Assembly (NCBI GenBank): GCA_043228905.1
Contig: JBHGNT010000017.1
Location: 6,510,001-6,574,000, forward strand
Reading direction: 5' to 3'
Length of the DNA stretch: 64,000 bases
From: Azolla caroliniana
Taxonomy: Eukaryota; Plantae; Polypodiophyta
The notes below the pieces were generated by a model. The model saw nothing but the letters and a program-made list of their open reading frames with translations, did not search any database and was not told where the DNA came from. This document shows positions 35,595 to 48,597 of the stretch, piece by piece (position 1 is the first letter of the stretch; each line of letters begins with the position of its first letter). The translations under genes and the position numbers were made by a program.

Positions 35595-36800
35595 GCTTCC
35601 AGAGGTGATGATCTCCTCATATGCTTGGAGGAGGTCTTCTTTAATAGTGTCCCAAAGGCATGTGAAAAAGTGCGGGGTGAGGCCGTCGATTCCGGGGCAA
35701 CTATCGGCATCAAAATCAGTGAGGGCCTCCGATATCTCGATGATTGATAGGGGATGCACGAGCCATGTATTCATTCCCAACTTTACTTTCTCGGGTATGC
35801 TTTGGAGGATAATATCTTCGCTTATGTCTTCCCCTGTAACTATAATGTATTCGGTAAGTAGGCGACGATAATAACTTGTGGCAATATTCCTCATTTCGTC
35901 GTCATCCTCAATGGTGGTTTTGTCCCCTACTCGAATCCATCGCGCCATGCTTCCATGAAACTCCATGTCATATATTTCCTTTTCTGCCATGCTAAGTTCA
36001 TGTTTGGCCGTGGCGACTTGTCCTGTGATCCAAATACAGGTAGGGTATCTCCATTGGAGTAGTTGTAAGCTATTAGTCCCCGTTTTGTCCTCTGTCACTT
36101 CTCCTGAGCATCCTTGCTTCTGGTCTTGACAATCTCATGTAGGAGAGTAGAAGCTCTTGTTAGTTTAGCTAGAAGTTTGTCAGATGTTGATGAGTCATTG
36201 ACGGGTAATGACCATTGGTTGGATAGTTGGTCCTTCACGTCTATAACTGTGTAAATAGTGTGTAGGATGCGAGTCTGGAATGGGCCCCATTTTCGGTGCA
36301 ATTGAAAATGGTCAGCTACCGGGTAATGGTTTTTCAAAGGACATGAGTTTTTTCTACCACTCGCCATTCCATCACAGCCTTGTCGGGTCATGGTGGGGGA
36401 AGCTTCTGATGTCTTATGGTGTCTTGACCTTCCAGAGTCTCCTTTGTAGGATCTTTAATACGTCTTGTGGGGCAATTCTTTTTTATATGACCAAGTTTTT
36501 TGCATGCAAAACATTGCCCCGGTGCGCCAATCACTTCTATGCGTTGTTCAATCCGCATTCCATTTTTCCCGGGAATGAGGATCTTGGAGGGAAGTTTATT
36601 GATGTACTGCACCAAGAGGCGGATAGAGGGAGGGCCTAGGTGCTTCTTTAGCCTGCCCGCTAGCGTTAGTTCCTCATCCAACATCATACCAAAGGAGTTG
36701 CCAATAGTAGGAAGTAACATGTTGTATTCTAAGGATAATCCAAGAAACAACATTGTTACCTTTTTCATGGAATCATCCTGTTGCAATTCTTGGACTCTCT
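35595..36800 (-). mobile_element. LINE upstream part (ORF1 zinc knuckle and decayed ORF2), continuous with 29485-30130 across the Copia H insertion
   Basis: CFACKKLGHIKKNC; SCPGIDGLTPHFF...WDTIKEDL...EEIITSGS joins MPEEFGQG once H and its TSD are removed. Confidence 0.82.
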
Positions 36801-37557
36801 TTTTTTTTTTTTTGGGGGGGGCGGGGGGGGGGGTAAACAAATACTTGACCATGCATTCGTATGCGTATTCATATGTATTTGAATGGGAAACCCCACGAAT
36901 GTGAATATGTCAATCTATGCTCTTTATGATTGTGTCCCATTTGTGGAAAATCCCTCTACCGACATTTCAACAATATTTTGAGTGTTTTTGAGAATAGAAA
37001 TTTTGTATATTTTACTTTTTGTTACTTTTACCTCTCATTGAGGTTTCGTGCTAATAATATATGTGCATTGCCAAAAAAGACAAGTGCACGAATGATAGTA
37101 TGTAATATACTCGAATGCATTTGCAAACGTTCTTTTTCATACGTTTTCAAATGAATGCGAATGTTATAAAACATACTTATGTTTTTTTTTTACGTTTTTT
37201 ACCTTAGAAAAAAGTTTTACCTTATAATAAACAATAAATACAAAAGTATGGTATTTATCATATTTCGAGGGTGTTTACCATACTTGAATGATTTGAAACA
37301 TATATGTAAATGCGAATGCATGTATGGTACGCATGGTTCATACTATGATTTCAATAATTATACGATATCTTAACAAGTGAGCGAGGTAAAACTCCCCACT
37401 TAACATGAACATGGAGATTCTTATATATTATGTTAATGATTCATCGAAAATTCGACAACTTTTGAACATCTGTGTTCAAACTCCCTTTTACAATCAACAA
37501 CTTGACTGGTCATATCATCCTTTTCCTACAAAGTAGGTGTCAACACTCAACTCTGAA

Positions 37558-37794
37558 GTGGAGATATGGAGTGAAGTGGTAGCCACTCTAAAGAGCCAAT
37601 ATGATGGCCTCAAGGGTGACTCCGATGGAGTTGAAAGACAATGACTAGCCTTCATCCAACAATGGTCGTCCTCCCCCTTTATTGAGTCGGTGGGCATCCA
37701 CATAAGATGGACCTATCGTGTCCCTACAGGGATTTGTATATACTAATCTCATCTGTAAAATTTTATAACTATAAATAAATAAATAAATAAATAA
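37558..37794 (+). mobile_element. Short non-LTR retroposon insertion (5'-truncated LINE or SINE) with (TAAA)n tail
   Basis: Flanked by the 16-bp direct repeat AACACTCAACTCTGAA (37542-37557, 37795-37810); absent from the paralogous promoter near 42950. Confidence 0.8.
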
Positions 37795-38680
37795 AACACT
37801 CAACTCTGAATCATAAAGGTCTTTCCATTTGTCTCATTCATTCCATTACCTCACTCACAAAATTGAGAGTCCTAATTGACTCATTCACTCCCCACTCTTT
37901 TAGAAAGTGGAGACTCTTTTCCTTTTAATTCAACTCTCACCTTCCAAAATTTGAGAGAGGAAATAAGTAATTTGTAGTAGTAAGTAATCTAGTAGTAGTA
38001 GAAGTAGTGTGCAAAATATTAAGCAAAAAAATTAATATATTAATATATATAAATAGTTAGTACTTCTTATGAATACGATTTCCTTCATGAGAAGGAAACC
38101 ATAAGTGTATTGGTGGTGGTCTATATAAAGGCACCACCAACGTTGTAACTATTAGGGCATTTTAATATAATAAACGATTTACAATTTCCCTCATCTCTCT
38201 CTCTCTCTCTCTCTCTCTCCTCTCCTTTTTATCTCTCGTCTACCTTCTCCCCACCCCACCCCACCTTTAGCACAAGTCACAGTACAATCCCTGTTAAGGA
38301 AGAAAAAAATTAAACATATAGACCGATGCATAACATGGACATCATAGATTTATGGTCAAATTTGATGAGGGCGATTTCTTAAAACAGTACAAGGTCATGC
38401 ATATTATGCTTGTGTGCATTCTATGAGACTTTATTTCACATTGACCCTACTTGAATAGACATGAATGTCATGTTCACTTTGACATCCAAGCTTAATATAG
38501 ACATGCTTTTATCCAGATGCATACCATATTTACATTTATTGCATAAACTAATTTCCATCAAAGCCACTGTTATGTTTGTTGCAAATGCATGAATTTATTT
38601 ATGTATATACATTATCGAATGGATGAATTCATTTAAGCATGTGTATTATCTACCAATTATGGTATAATTATGATGTGTAG

Positions 38681-39061
38681 GTGTATTCACAACCAACATT
38701 TGAGGTATTAGAAGGAAAAGCTTCTGATGCTACAATGGGGATGTTCGCCTTCAGAAATTTTATACCAAGGTTGCTCTTGAGGGGCTTCTATATTACACTC
38801 GCGACACTCGTAGCTGCCATGCTTCCTTTCTTTGCAGATATCAGTGCCCTCATTGGGGCCTTTGGTTTTACACCTTTAGATTTTATCTTTCCCATGCTTT
38901 TCTACAACATGGTATTCAAGCCATCTAGGAGATCCTTCATTTTCTTAATAAATGCACTCATTATAGTGGTTTTCTCAATAGTGGGCTTATTCAGTTGCAT
39001 TGCAGCCATACGACAAATTGTTCATGATGCAAGAACCTATCGAATCTTTGCAAATTTGTAG
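38681..39061 (+). pseudogene. Truncated GAT1-like paralog retaining only the last exon
   Basis: Close copy of exon 48217-48597 with an intact AG acceptor. Upstream 36920-38007 matches the intact gene's promoter and 38244-38680 matches its intron 6. Exons 1-6 are absent. Confidence 0.85.
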
Positions 39062-40639
39062 TATTACCGCAACTCAAGAATAAGATCAACGTTGACTCAA
39101 CTAAAAAGCTCCAACAAGTTTCCTAGCATGGGATGCATAGGAGAAGTAAGAAATTTATATATATTTTTTACGACTTTTGGATGATAAGCCTTGCTATTCA
39201 GCCCCCATGAAGGGCCCAAATTTTGTCTCTTAATATTACACGCACATTTATTCGGCATATTAAAACATAGAGACATTGGCTTGTCTAAATGCTTCAAAAA
39301 GGTCTCCCCCCATAGAATGCACAAAAGAAGCAAGGCAATCGCTTCTTTCACTTTTGCATATCAATGTTTAATGTTAGGTTGGATGCCCCAAATTTGCTAT
39401 CTTCATAACCGTTGAATGTTTATGCAACCACGCATGGCATCTTGTCTAAGACTAGCCAAATCGGGACATGCCTACTCAATATCAATACCCTAAATAGCAA
39501 TGCTAATAAAAATGCAACAAGTGGGTCCTAGCCACTTGCGCCTACAATTGTTGAGTAATAGAGAGGAGAATTCGTGAATATGTAGAACCTACGGTTATCA
39601 CCAAGAAAATGAATGATGAAAGAGAGCATAAATAAAGAGAGCATAAAGTTACTATAAAAGGGCAAGTTGAAGAAAGGCATAGATGACCATGATGTGTTCC
39701 ATTGAAAGATATATAGCGGTGCCAAAAGTTTGCAATGCAATTATACTACATTGGCTTAACTCGAAGTTGAAACTCAAAAGTAGAAACATAGAATGCATAA
39801 TTTATGCATGCAGGCTAATAAGGCTTCATAACTTTCTAAAGTGTCAAGATCCTACACTCTCAACCTAAAAAGGCTTCCCAACTTATAGAAGTGCGAAAAC
39901 TCTACATTTTTAGATTAGACTTTACAATACTATATAATCTTTTCTTCATCACACAATATCTCCTTTGAATCAACTCCTCAATGGTCGTGACATAATATTG
40001 CCAAATTTTGCTAATGCATATATACCCAAGGCCATACCCTGATGAAATGCAACTAAAACATGATTAACACCAATACGTAGTAATTAGGGGGGTCTAGAAT
40101 GGAATACATGGATGGGAACTCACATGAGCACCACAAGGTATCTAGGAATCTAGAGAGTGCAATTGTCATGCATGTAAATTTATCACATGCAAATATGCTA
40201 AGAAATCAAATTCTTTTTTTGACATTTCCTTTACATAAATGAAAGACATTGGCAAAGCTTGTCACTTTTTGTGTGATGCTTACTTGATTTATAATAAAAG
40301 ACATTATGATGAAACTTATCACTTCTTGTTTTTTCTCCAAAGATTTTCTTCAGTAGTATTACGGAAAAACATCGGAAGGCTACAACTTGGGCTTGTCTGC
40401 TAGAAGCTTACAATTTTTTATTTTTTATTTTTTCAAAACAAAATATACTTCCATTAGTTTTTAAAAAGGCATATTAGCTACAACATACACAATTGCAAAC
40501 AAACATGTTTTCATATGGCATCCTCTAAGCCTCATCAACAAGCATATTCCTTTGTAAGCTTTACATAATTGGGTATGTGCAGCTAAAACAAAGTCATTAG
40601 TTAAGTCCACACTTGAAAGCAACTTCTTATACCAAGCAT

Positions 40640-41590
40640 CATATGCACGTGAATCATCACCATTACTCCCATCATGTAAGGAATAATTAGAATCCAGCTC
40701 CCAAAGTGAGGGTTTCCCTTCCATACCTATTACGGGCATGACCATATCTTGTGGTAAGTTTTACCGTAGTACTTTATCCACACACTTGGCCTAATGGGTT
40801 GTCCCAATCCCAAGAATTAAAAGTAATCCTTTCCTTCTTTACACTCTCGTTTAACCCTCACACTTTATCCACGTGTATAGAATACTACGGTAAAACTTAC
40901 CACGGAATATGGTCATGCCCGTAACAATACCTCTAAAGAAAAACAGTATTATGAGCAGTAGATCCACCATATTGTAATGCCAATGCATCTCCCATATTTT
41001 GATACATATCCATCAGAGCATCTGTTATATTGTTGTATGGATCAACCTTGGGATTATCTATCAGGCTCAAGGAGAATAATTGATAATATAAGGCACCCAA
41101 GCCATAAGCATATTGAGCAACATTTTTCCGATCGAAGCTGTCAATACAGTTTTTTCTCAAAACCCCACTATGATATTTTGGTTCCTTTCTATCCTTACCA
41201 TCACTTTGACCTTCCTTTTGTACAAATTCAATATGTTTAGTGCTCTTTGGTTCAATCTCTGTTAACTTTGGCAATTCACTTAAGTTCGTCAAAGATTCTC
41301 TCAAATATTTTGCAGTCATCAAAACTTTTGGCATCCAAACATCGTTGTCTGTAAGAACATTTGAGTTTAAATGCACACTAGAATGATGAGTGCTAGTCTT
41401 CACAACTAAAGGTCTGTCGGTATACTAATACCTAGTTAGATCGAGTGCTTGACTAGCAACTCTCCCAAGCGCTGCTAGAACTTTGTGACTTTCTTTTTGC
41501 AAACTTTTGGAAGTCCCAATGAATGAAATGCAATCACTCTCCCTCCACAAAAATATGGTTTAGATAACCAACAACAGTTGCAAATTCATG
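40640..41590 (-). pseudogene. SAC-domain (SAC1/FIG4-like) phosphoinositide phosphatase gene fragment, apparently intronless and degenerate
   Basis: EFATVVGYLN, LHFIHWDFQKFAK, GVLRKNCIDSFDRKNVAQYAYGL, LMDMYQNMGDALALQYGGSTAHNTVF and EGKPSLWELDS match plant SAC1-5 motifs. The catalytic CIDCLDRT motif is altered; stops and frameshifts present. Confidence 0.85.
40733..40921. mobile_element. MITE, about 190 bp, with about 40-bp TIRs and TA target duplication
   Basis: CGGGCATGACCATATCTTGTGGTAAGTTTTACCGTAGTA ... TACTACGGTAAAACTTACCACGGAATATGGTCATGCCCG, TA on both sides. Confidence 0.8.
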
Positions 41591-43849
41591 GATGCCATCA
41601 AGCTCCATCATCTCAAAACTATTAGTGTTTCATCAAAACATCCATGTTTCTATAGTTAGGAGCCTTTGGAACCCATCTTCTTCATGTTGCAAACAAAGAT
41701 GGCTGAACTTGGGGATACACCCTCTGTTTGCATCTAGTTCAGCATGTACTAAAGATCTTCAACATAACCATACCAACATACCATACTCAAGATATCCACA
41801 AAGTAGGTCCATGTTCCACATACCCTATTATAAGTATAATGCATGCCACTACATCTCACTTTTGAAGGAAACATACATAAATATCTCAGTTTTGAGTGTA
41901 TAATTACTTTATAAAGTGTAATTTTTTGGACATAGGGGTAGTTTGGTAAATTTGGAACTTCCAAGGGCATTTTGGTAAATAGTTGAACTTCCAGGGGTAT
42001 CCTGGTACTTTTCCCTATATTTTATTCACTTAAAGTGTGGGAATTATATTTAATACAAAATGAGTTGCATACCAAAACTTCACATTGGATATAATGAAAC
42101 AATAAGAAAAGCCCAGAACCTTGTAGCCATGTAGAGGACCATAAGTAGATGTGGTTGTGTTGGTAGCAATATACATATAGGAAAAGAAAAAACTCACAGT
42201 TACATATAGCATTGACAAACAATGGCAGTTGAAGCATATAAATTAAAAGAAATTCAATATGGGATCAACATTTGGATAAAAATATTTGCATGAAAGCTTG
42301 TAGTGAGGTCAACTCATTAATGTTAAGAAAGTCTATGAAAGATTGTCCTAACTAACCATCAACATTATAGAATGCCATTTTGTCATAAAAGAGTTGGTTT
42401 AAAACTTAAAAGCCACCCTAGTAAACATGTCCTCATAATCTTGGACCATTTGGATAACTTGAAATAGTGTGGTATTAGGCTATTTGCCAAGTGGGGACTT
42501 TCGTTCTTCAAGTCCTCTTTGGGACAATCTCTTTATGATTGTGTCCCATTTGTAGAAAATCCCTCTAAAGGTATTTCAACAATATTTTGAGTGCTTTTGA
42601 GAATTGAAATTTTGTATTATTTTATTTTTTGTGACTTTTACCTCTCATTGAGGTTTCGTGCTAATAATATATATATGTGCATTGCCAAAAAAGACAAGTC
42701 CTCATCATCTTCAATAATTATACGATATCATAGCAAGTGGGCGAGGTAAAACTCTCCACTTAACATGAACATGGAGATTCTTATATTATGTTAATGCTTC
42801 ATCAAAATTCGACAAGTATGCTTCAATTTTTAAACATTTGTGTTCAAACTCCCTTTTAGAATCAACAACTTGACGGGTCATATCTTCCATTTCCTATAAA
42901 AGAAAAAGTCCAAATTGTATGTGTCCATTTTCTACAAAGTATGCGTCAATAGTCAACAACAAATGATAAAGGTCTTTAACTGTCTTGTTAATTCCATTCC
43001 CTCGCTCGCAAAATTGAGAGTTCTACTTTATTTTTAAAGCTTCTAGAACTACTTCATCACCCTTTACAAGATACACAATAGAAATGATGAGTATGAATCT
43101 TGCATTACAAGGTAGCGACCAAAATGGTCAATGGGACATGTACATTATCTTATGAAGATAAATATTTTTTTGGCGTCCATAGAAAGGCTAGGGAAAGACA
43201 CGGAGTTCAAATCTAACCATTTCATATTATGCTTGTTCATTCTTGAGAGGAGGGCCACCTGATGCGGTGAGTGGTCAAAGGGTTGATAGGCACATTAGGT
43301 GTCGATTGTCGACTATCATACAGTTGGAGGAGGAATGGTGGCCATGTCTAACCACACCTGCTAGAATATGCTTCTTGGTACAAGTTGTATTATATTGATA
43401 TCATTTCGTCACGAGGCCAGACTTCTGTAGACCATCTCTTAAGAAAATTCAGAGTTAGTAGAACAACTCCATAGCAGAATTAGTCAAGAGGGTGGAATCT
43501 CAGCATATCACGTGAGAAAGCCATGTTAACTAAGATTATAAAGTAGCTTACTTACTCTCTTACTCTGGGGATGTGTCCCATGTAGACGAATCCAAGGGTT
43601 GCGATGATATGTGTCAAGACATTGGTCGAGGGCGCAGAGCTTTTTTGAATGAGGCTTTTAACCAAAAATAAAACTCACTCCCTACCTCCCCACTCTTTTG
43701 GAAAGTGGGGACTCTTTTCCTCAAATTCAACAATCACCTTCCAATTCCCATAAATTGAAAGAGGGAAGAAGTTGTTGTAGTAGTAGTTGTAGAAGAAGAA
43801 GAAGAAGAAGAAGAAGAAGAAGAAGAAGAAGCACAGAGAGAGAGGAGTC

Positions 43850-46800
43850 ATGAAACCTCCACAGTCACAGAATCATGATCATTCTCTCCATAAAGTCGAG
43901 TTGCAGAAAATGAGCAGCAAGAAAGCTGATCCTGATGCAGGAGCTTTGTTCGTGCTTGAATCCAAAGGTGCTGAGAAAAAGGCATCACCCTCCTCTTTAT
44001 CTCCTCTTATGCTAGTGTTATGCTAATTCCTTCTAGAAGTAATCAAGGATTCTTTATAGACAAGGACTCTGAGAACTTTCAATTGAAGTTGGGTTTTTTG
44101 ATATAAGGATGGCTGGATGACACTGGCTTTTATTGGTTCTAGGACGCTGTATATTTTTTTGCCATGATTGTAAAAGTATTCCATATCAGGAACTATGTGA
44201 TAATAACGTTTTTTTATGTATGATTATATTCTTATTGGTATGAGTATATGTATTGTAGTAGGTTTCCATAGCTATAGATTTCTGAATTCAAGAATTCTGG
44301 AATACCGTGCATTTCTGAACATGTCTGATAACAAGTCCAGATTTAATGGTTGTATGTCAATGTCAATGTTGAGTATGGTGGTATGGCAGAATGTCCTCCG
44401 TTTAAGAGCATCTCTGAGAAGGGCAACACAAATAATTCCCATGCTACATATGAGAGAAAAATCATGTGCAAGGAAAAATTTGAATGCTACATGTGAGAGA
44501 AAAAGTACAAACCTATCTTCTAGGGTAAGTATCTTCTTCACATGATCAAGCTGATGGTATTGTGCAATTCATGACGACAGTGAATGATGGAATGCAATGC
44601 ATTTAATCATCTAGGAGTCTCTACATGTTCACTACATAATAGTCATGGCATGTGATGCTTCATATGTAAATCGTGACCATATTGCTGCCACATGACCGCG
44701 ATGAATGACGAAATGCAATGCATTTAATCATCTAGGAATCTCTACGGTGTTCACTGCATGATAATTATGGCATGTGATGCATCATATAGGGGGGTCATGT
44801 GTCCATATCAATGCAAGATTGCCATGTGATGTGATTTGGCAGGGAGTTGGGTTCATGTGGGATACCATCTGACGACATCAATAGCGGCGCCTGCACTGCT
44901 GAGCCTTCCATATGCATTTGTGTCGTTGGGGTGGGTTGGTGGGTTGGTGTTTTTGCTGGCGGGTGCAGCTGTTACGTTCTACGCCTACAACTTGTTGTCG
45001 CTTGTGCTTGAGAGAAAGGCTGCATCTGGTCATCGTTTTCTCCGTTTTCGCGACCTTGCATACCACCTCCTGGGTCAGTCTTTTTCTACTTGTAGTTTCT
45101 ATTACCTTGATCAGTAAAACATTTAACGCCATAAGGATGGGGTCATGATTTAACTATGGTGGATGTATTTCTACTCCTATAATTGATTTCCTTACCAAGG
45201 AAATTTGTCACATTTCCTCAATTCAGGAACTTATGCTCATTCTTCATATGGCACACCCGCTTCAACATATCCAATGCACTTTTGGCTGTCTTAGAAGACT
45301 GTGTGTGTGTGTGTGTGTGTATGCATAATTAGACTAAATGAAAACACGTTCTGAATATGGGCAAACTATTTCAATAAAAGTAGTGATATAAGATCATTAA
45401 CATGAGGTAATAAACACTTACTTTTAAAAACTTGGATAGAGTTACTTGAGTGAGAGAGAGGGGGGGGGAGTCTTGCACAAGATGGCCAAACTAGGTTCTC
45501 CATAAAGTTTAATCAAGGTGAGCTCTTCAGTACAAACCAAAAAAGGGTAAAGTTGTATTTGTAAATAAGGAGGAATCTTGTAGTAAAGGTTTGGAAGATT
45601 AAGAGACTATGACAAGAAAGGGTTTAATAGCAGCTCTTAGAAAGGTTTGGGTGAAGAGTAGTACATGTGAGAGAAAAGATGGAGGAGGATTAGGATTAAA
45701 GAACTTAAAGCTACCAAGAGAAAAAAAGTGTGTTAAAGAAAGTGAATGTGGGAATATAGAGTTGTAAGAAGAGTACATGATTACAAGAAGGTTTGCCATC
45801 CAAGGGATGTAGTGGTAATGGAGGTGGATTTAAGAGGGGCTTAGAAAGTCAAAGGTTGCAAGGGGGTTAAACATTTGCAAACAAGGTGTATGCATAATTT
45901 CATGCCATTTCTCAAACAGATGATAGGAAAGTTGCAATTGGTTGAAACACGGTCTCGTAAGGTAGGACACAACTTTTGTTTAGAAAGGGCCATAGGTTCC
46001 TTAGGGTCTCATAAACAGGAATTGTAGAATGGCAGCATTACACTGGAAATTTGTAAGTCACAAAGTATGATATCTTTCGAAAGCAATGTCGGAGAACCTG
46101 ATGGGGATTGCCCCTTTCCTAAAAACGATCATAAAAGACTTGTCAAAGACAAATGTGTGTCCGTTCAAAGAGTTTTCGCACAAGATTTAGCGTTTGAGCC
46201 CTCCTACAGTGAACCTTTTTAGTTGTGAATGAGGTTGAAATGATTTGTGAGCTCTCTCATTCACCTGAGTAACTCTATCCAAGTTTTTAAATACAGTTTT
46301 GTATTATCTTATGTTAATGCTATTTGATCACTGAGGAAAGCTTGGTTTAACCAAAATACCATTTCGTGATATACTATATAATCAATACTGAGGGATAACC
46401 CAAAACATTTATTGTCCCCCAAGAGAAAACTGATTTAGTTGACCTGGCAAAATGACACAAATGGTCTACCCACCATCACAAACAAAAAGCTTAGAACCAC
46501 CAATACATGGAGCATTGTGTATTTTTGCATTCTGTATACATTCAGATGTGTGCATTATTCGTGTTTTTCTTTTGAGGTAAGCTAAGGAAAGAAATCTATT
46601 TTTTGTAAGTAGCTTTAACTTCAATGTTTCTTCTGATATTGGCAGCAATGGTTCTCCTTTTAACTTATTATTGGTTAGTCAAATTTTAAAATTTTAGGGC
46701 CTAGGATCACTCGTTATGCAGTAGCTCCATTGCAATTTTCTATATGTCTAGGTTCCGTAATTGGATGTACTGTGCTTGGAGGCCAAAGCATGCAGGTATG

Positions 46801-48597
46801 TAAATGTATTGATGAATACAAAGTTTTCCAGTTTTCAAAAGGGATTCCTCCTCTTGAAAATAAATACTCTTTTGCTAATCAGTGATTTGTAACATTTTCT
46901 CTTCCTGTAGTTGATCTACTCAATTTATCATCCAAATGGAGATGTGCAGCTCTTTGAATTCATCATATGTTTTGGGTTGCTTATGATGATTTTGTCTCAA
47001 TTACCATCCTTCCACTCGCTGAGATACATCAACCTTCTATCATTGCTCTTGTGCCTTGGGTATAGCATATGTGCAGTAGGGGGCTCTATATATGCAGGTT
47101 TGTTGAGTAGAGCGTTATGGTTTTGCACATTAGTAATCTGTGCCTGAGTTAATTTGAAGACGCTCGAATATCTGTATTTTTAGGCTATCATCAACATACC
47201 CAAAGGAATTACAGTATCAAAGGCGGAAAAACTAGTCAGTTGTTTGGTATTTTTAATTCGTTTGCTATCATTGCCTTAACATATGGCAATGGAATCATAC
47301 CTGAAATACAGGTGATAAATTATATTATAACCTCTGATGAATATGTCTTAACGAGTTAATTTATAGTTCATCCTAATTTTTTCTAGTGTTTATATGTCAC
47401 TGGAACCAGGCAACCCTAGCTCCTCCAGTATCAGGAAAGATGTTTAAAGGGTTGTGCATGTCCTATGCAGTGGTGGTATCAACATTCTTTTCTGTGGCAA
47501 TTTCTGGGTATTGGGCATTCGGTAATGAATCGGCAACAAATGTCATGTCCAACCTCGCTCCCTCTGGCATGCCAGCCCTCGTTCCCAATTGGCTGATCTT
47601 TGTGGCCAACATGTGTATAATCTTACAACTTTTAGCAGTTAGTTTGGTATGCACTTCTTTATCAACCAAACTTGTGTCATAGCTTCATCATCACTTCAAA
47701 ATCGAATATGCTTCCAATACATAATAATTAGGTTTTTGTAAGGTTTAAGAGATTGGCAGTATGTCCAGAGATCAGCTGCTTCTCCCCACCCCACCCCACC
47801 TTTAGCACACAAGTCACAATAGAATCCCTGTTAAGAATGAAAGAAATTAAACATATAGACCAATGCATAACATGAAGATCATAGATTTATGGTCAAATTT
47901 GATGAGGGAAATTCTTAACACAGTTCAAAATCACGCATACTCATGCTGTGTGCATTGTATGAGAATTTATTTCACATCGACCCTGCTTGAATAGACATGA
48001 ATGTCATGTTCACATTGACTTCCAAGCTTAATATAGGCATGCTTCCATCCAAATGCATACAATATTTACATTTATTGCATAAACAAATTTCCGTCAAAGC
48101 AACTGTTATATTTGTTGAAAATGGATGAATTTATTTATGTATATACATTATCGAATGGATGAATTTATTTAAGCATGTGCATTATCTAATAATCATGGTA
48201 CTATTATGATGTGTAGGTGTATTCACAACCAACATTTGAGATATTAGAAGGAAAAGCTTCTGATACTACAATGGGGATGTTTTCCTTAAGAAATTTTATA
48301 CCAAGGTTGCTCTTGAGGGGCTTCTATATTACACTTGCAACACTCGTAGCTGCCATGCTTCCTTTCTTTGCAGATATCAATGCCCTCATTGGGGCCTTTG
48401 GTTTTACACCTTTAGATTTTATCTTTCCCATGCTTTTCTACAACATGGTATTCAAGCCATCTCACAGATCCTTCATCTTCTTAATAAATGCACTCATTAT
48501 AGTGGTTTTCTCAATAGTGGGCTTATTCGGTTGCATTGCAGCTGTACGACAAATTGTTCTTGATGCAAGTGCCTATCGACTCTTTGCAAATTTGTAA
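43850..48597 (+). CDS. GAT1: GABA transporter 1-like amino-acid permease (AAAP family), 7 exons, 459 aa
   Basis: Exons 43850-43967, 44843-45073, 46698-46795, 46911-47097, 47184-47311, 47410-47646, 48217-48597. All introns are GT-AG and the exons total 1380 bp in frame. Motifs [65 protein letters not shown]. Confidence 0.93.
44571..44788 (+). repeat. Degenerate tandem duplication (period about 121 bp) in GAT intron 1
   Basis: aatgcaatgcatttaatcatctagga.tctctac...ggcatgtgatgc.tcatat occurs twice. Confidence 0.75.
45382..46332. mobile_element. Probable non-autonomous TIR element (about 75-bp inverted ends) in GAT intron 2
   Basis: tttaaaaacttggatagagttact near 45423 and agtaactctatccaagtttttaaa near 46268, within longer imperfect inverted arms; no clear TSD. 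Confidence 0.55.
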
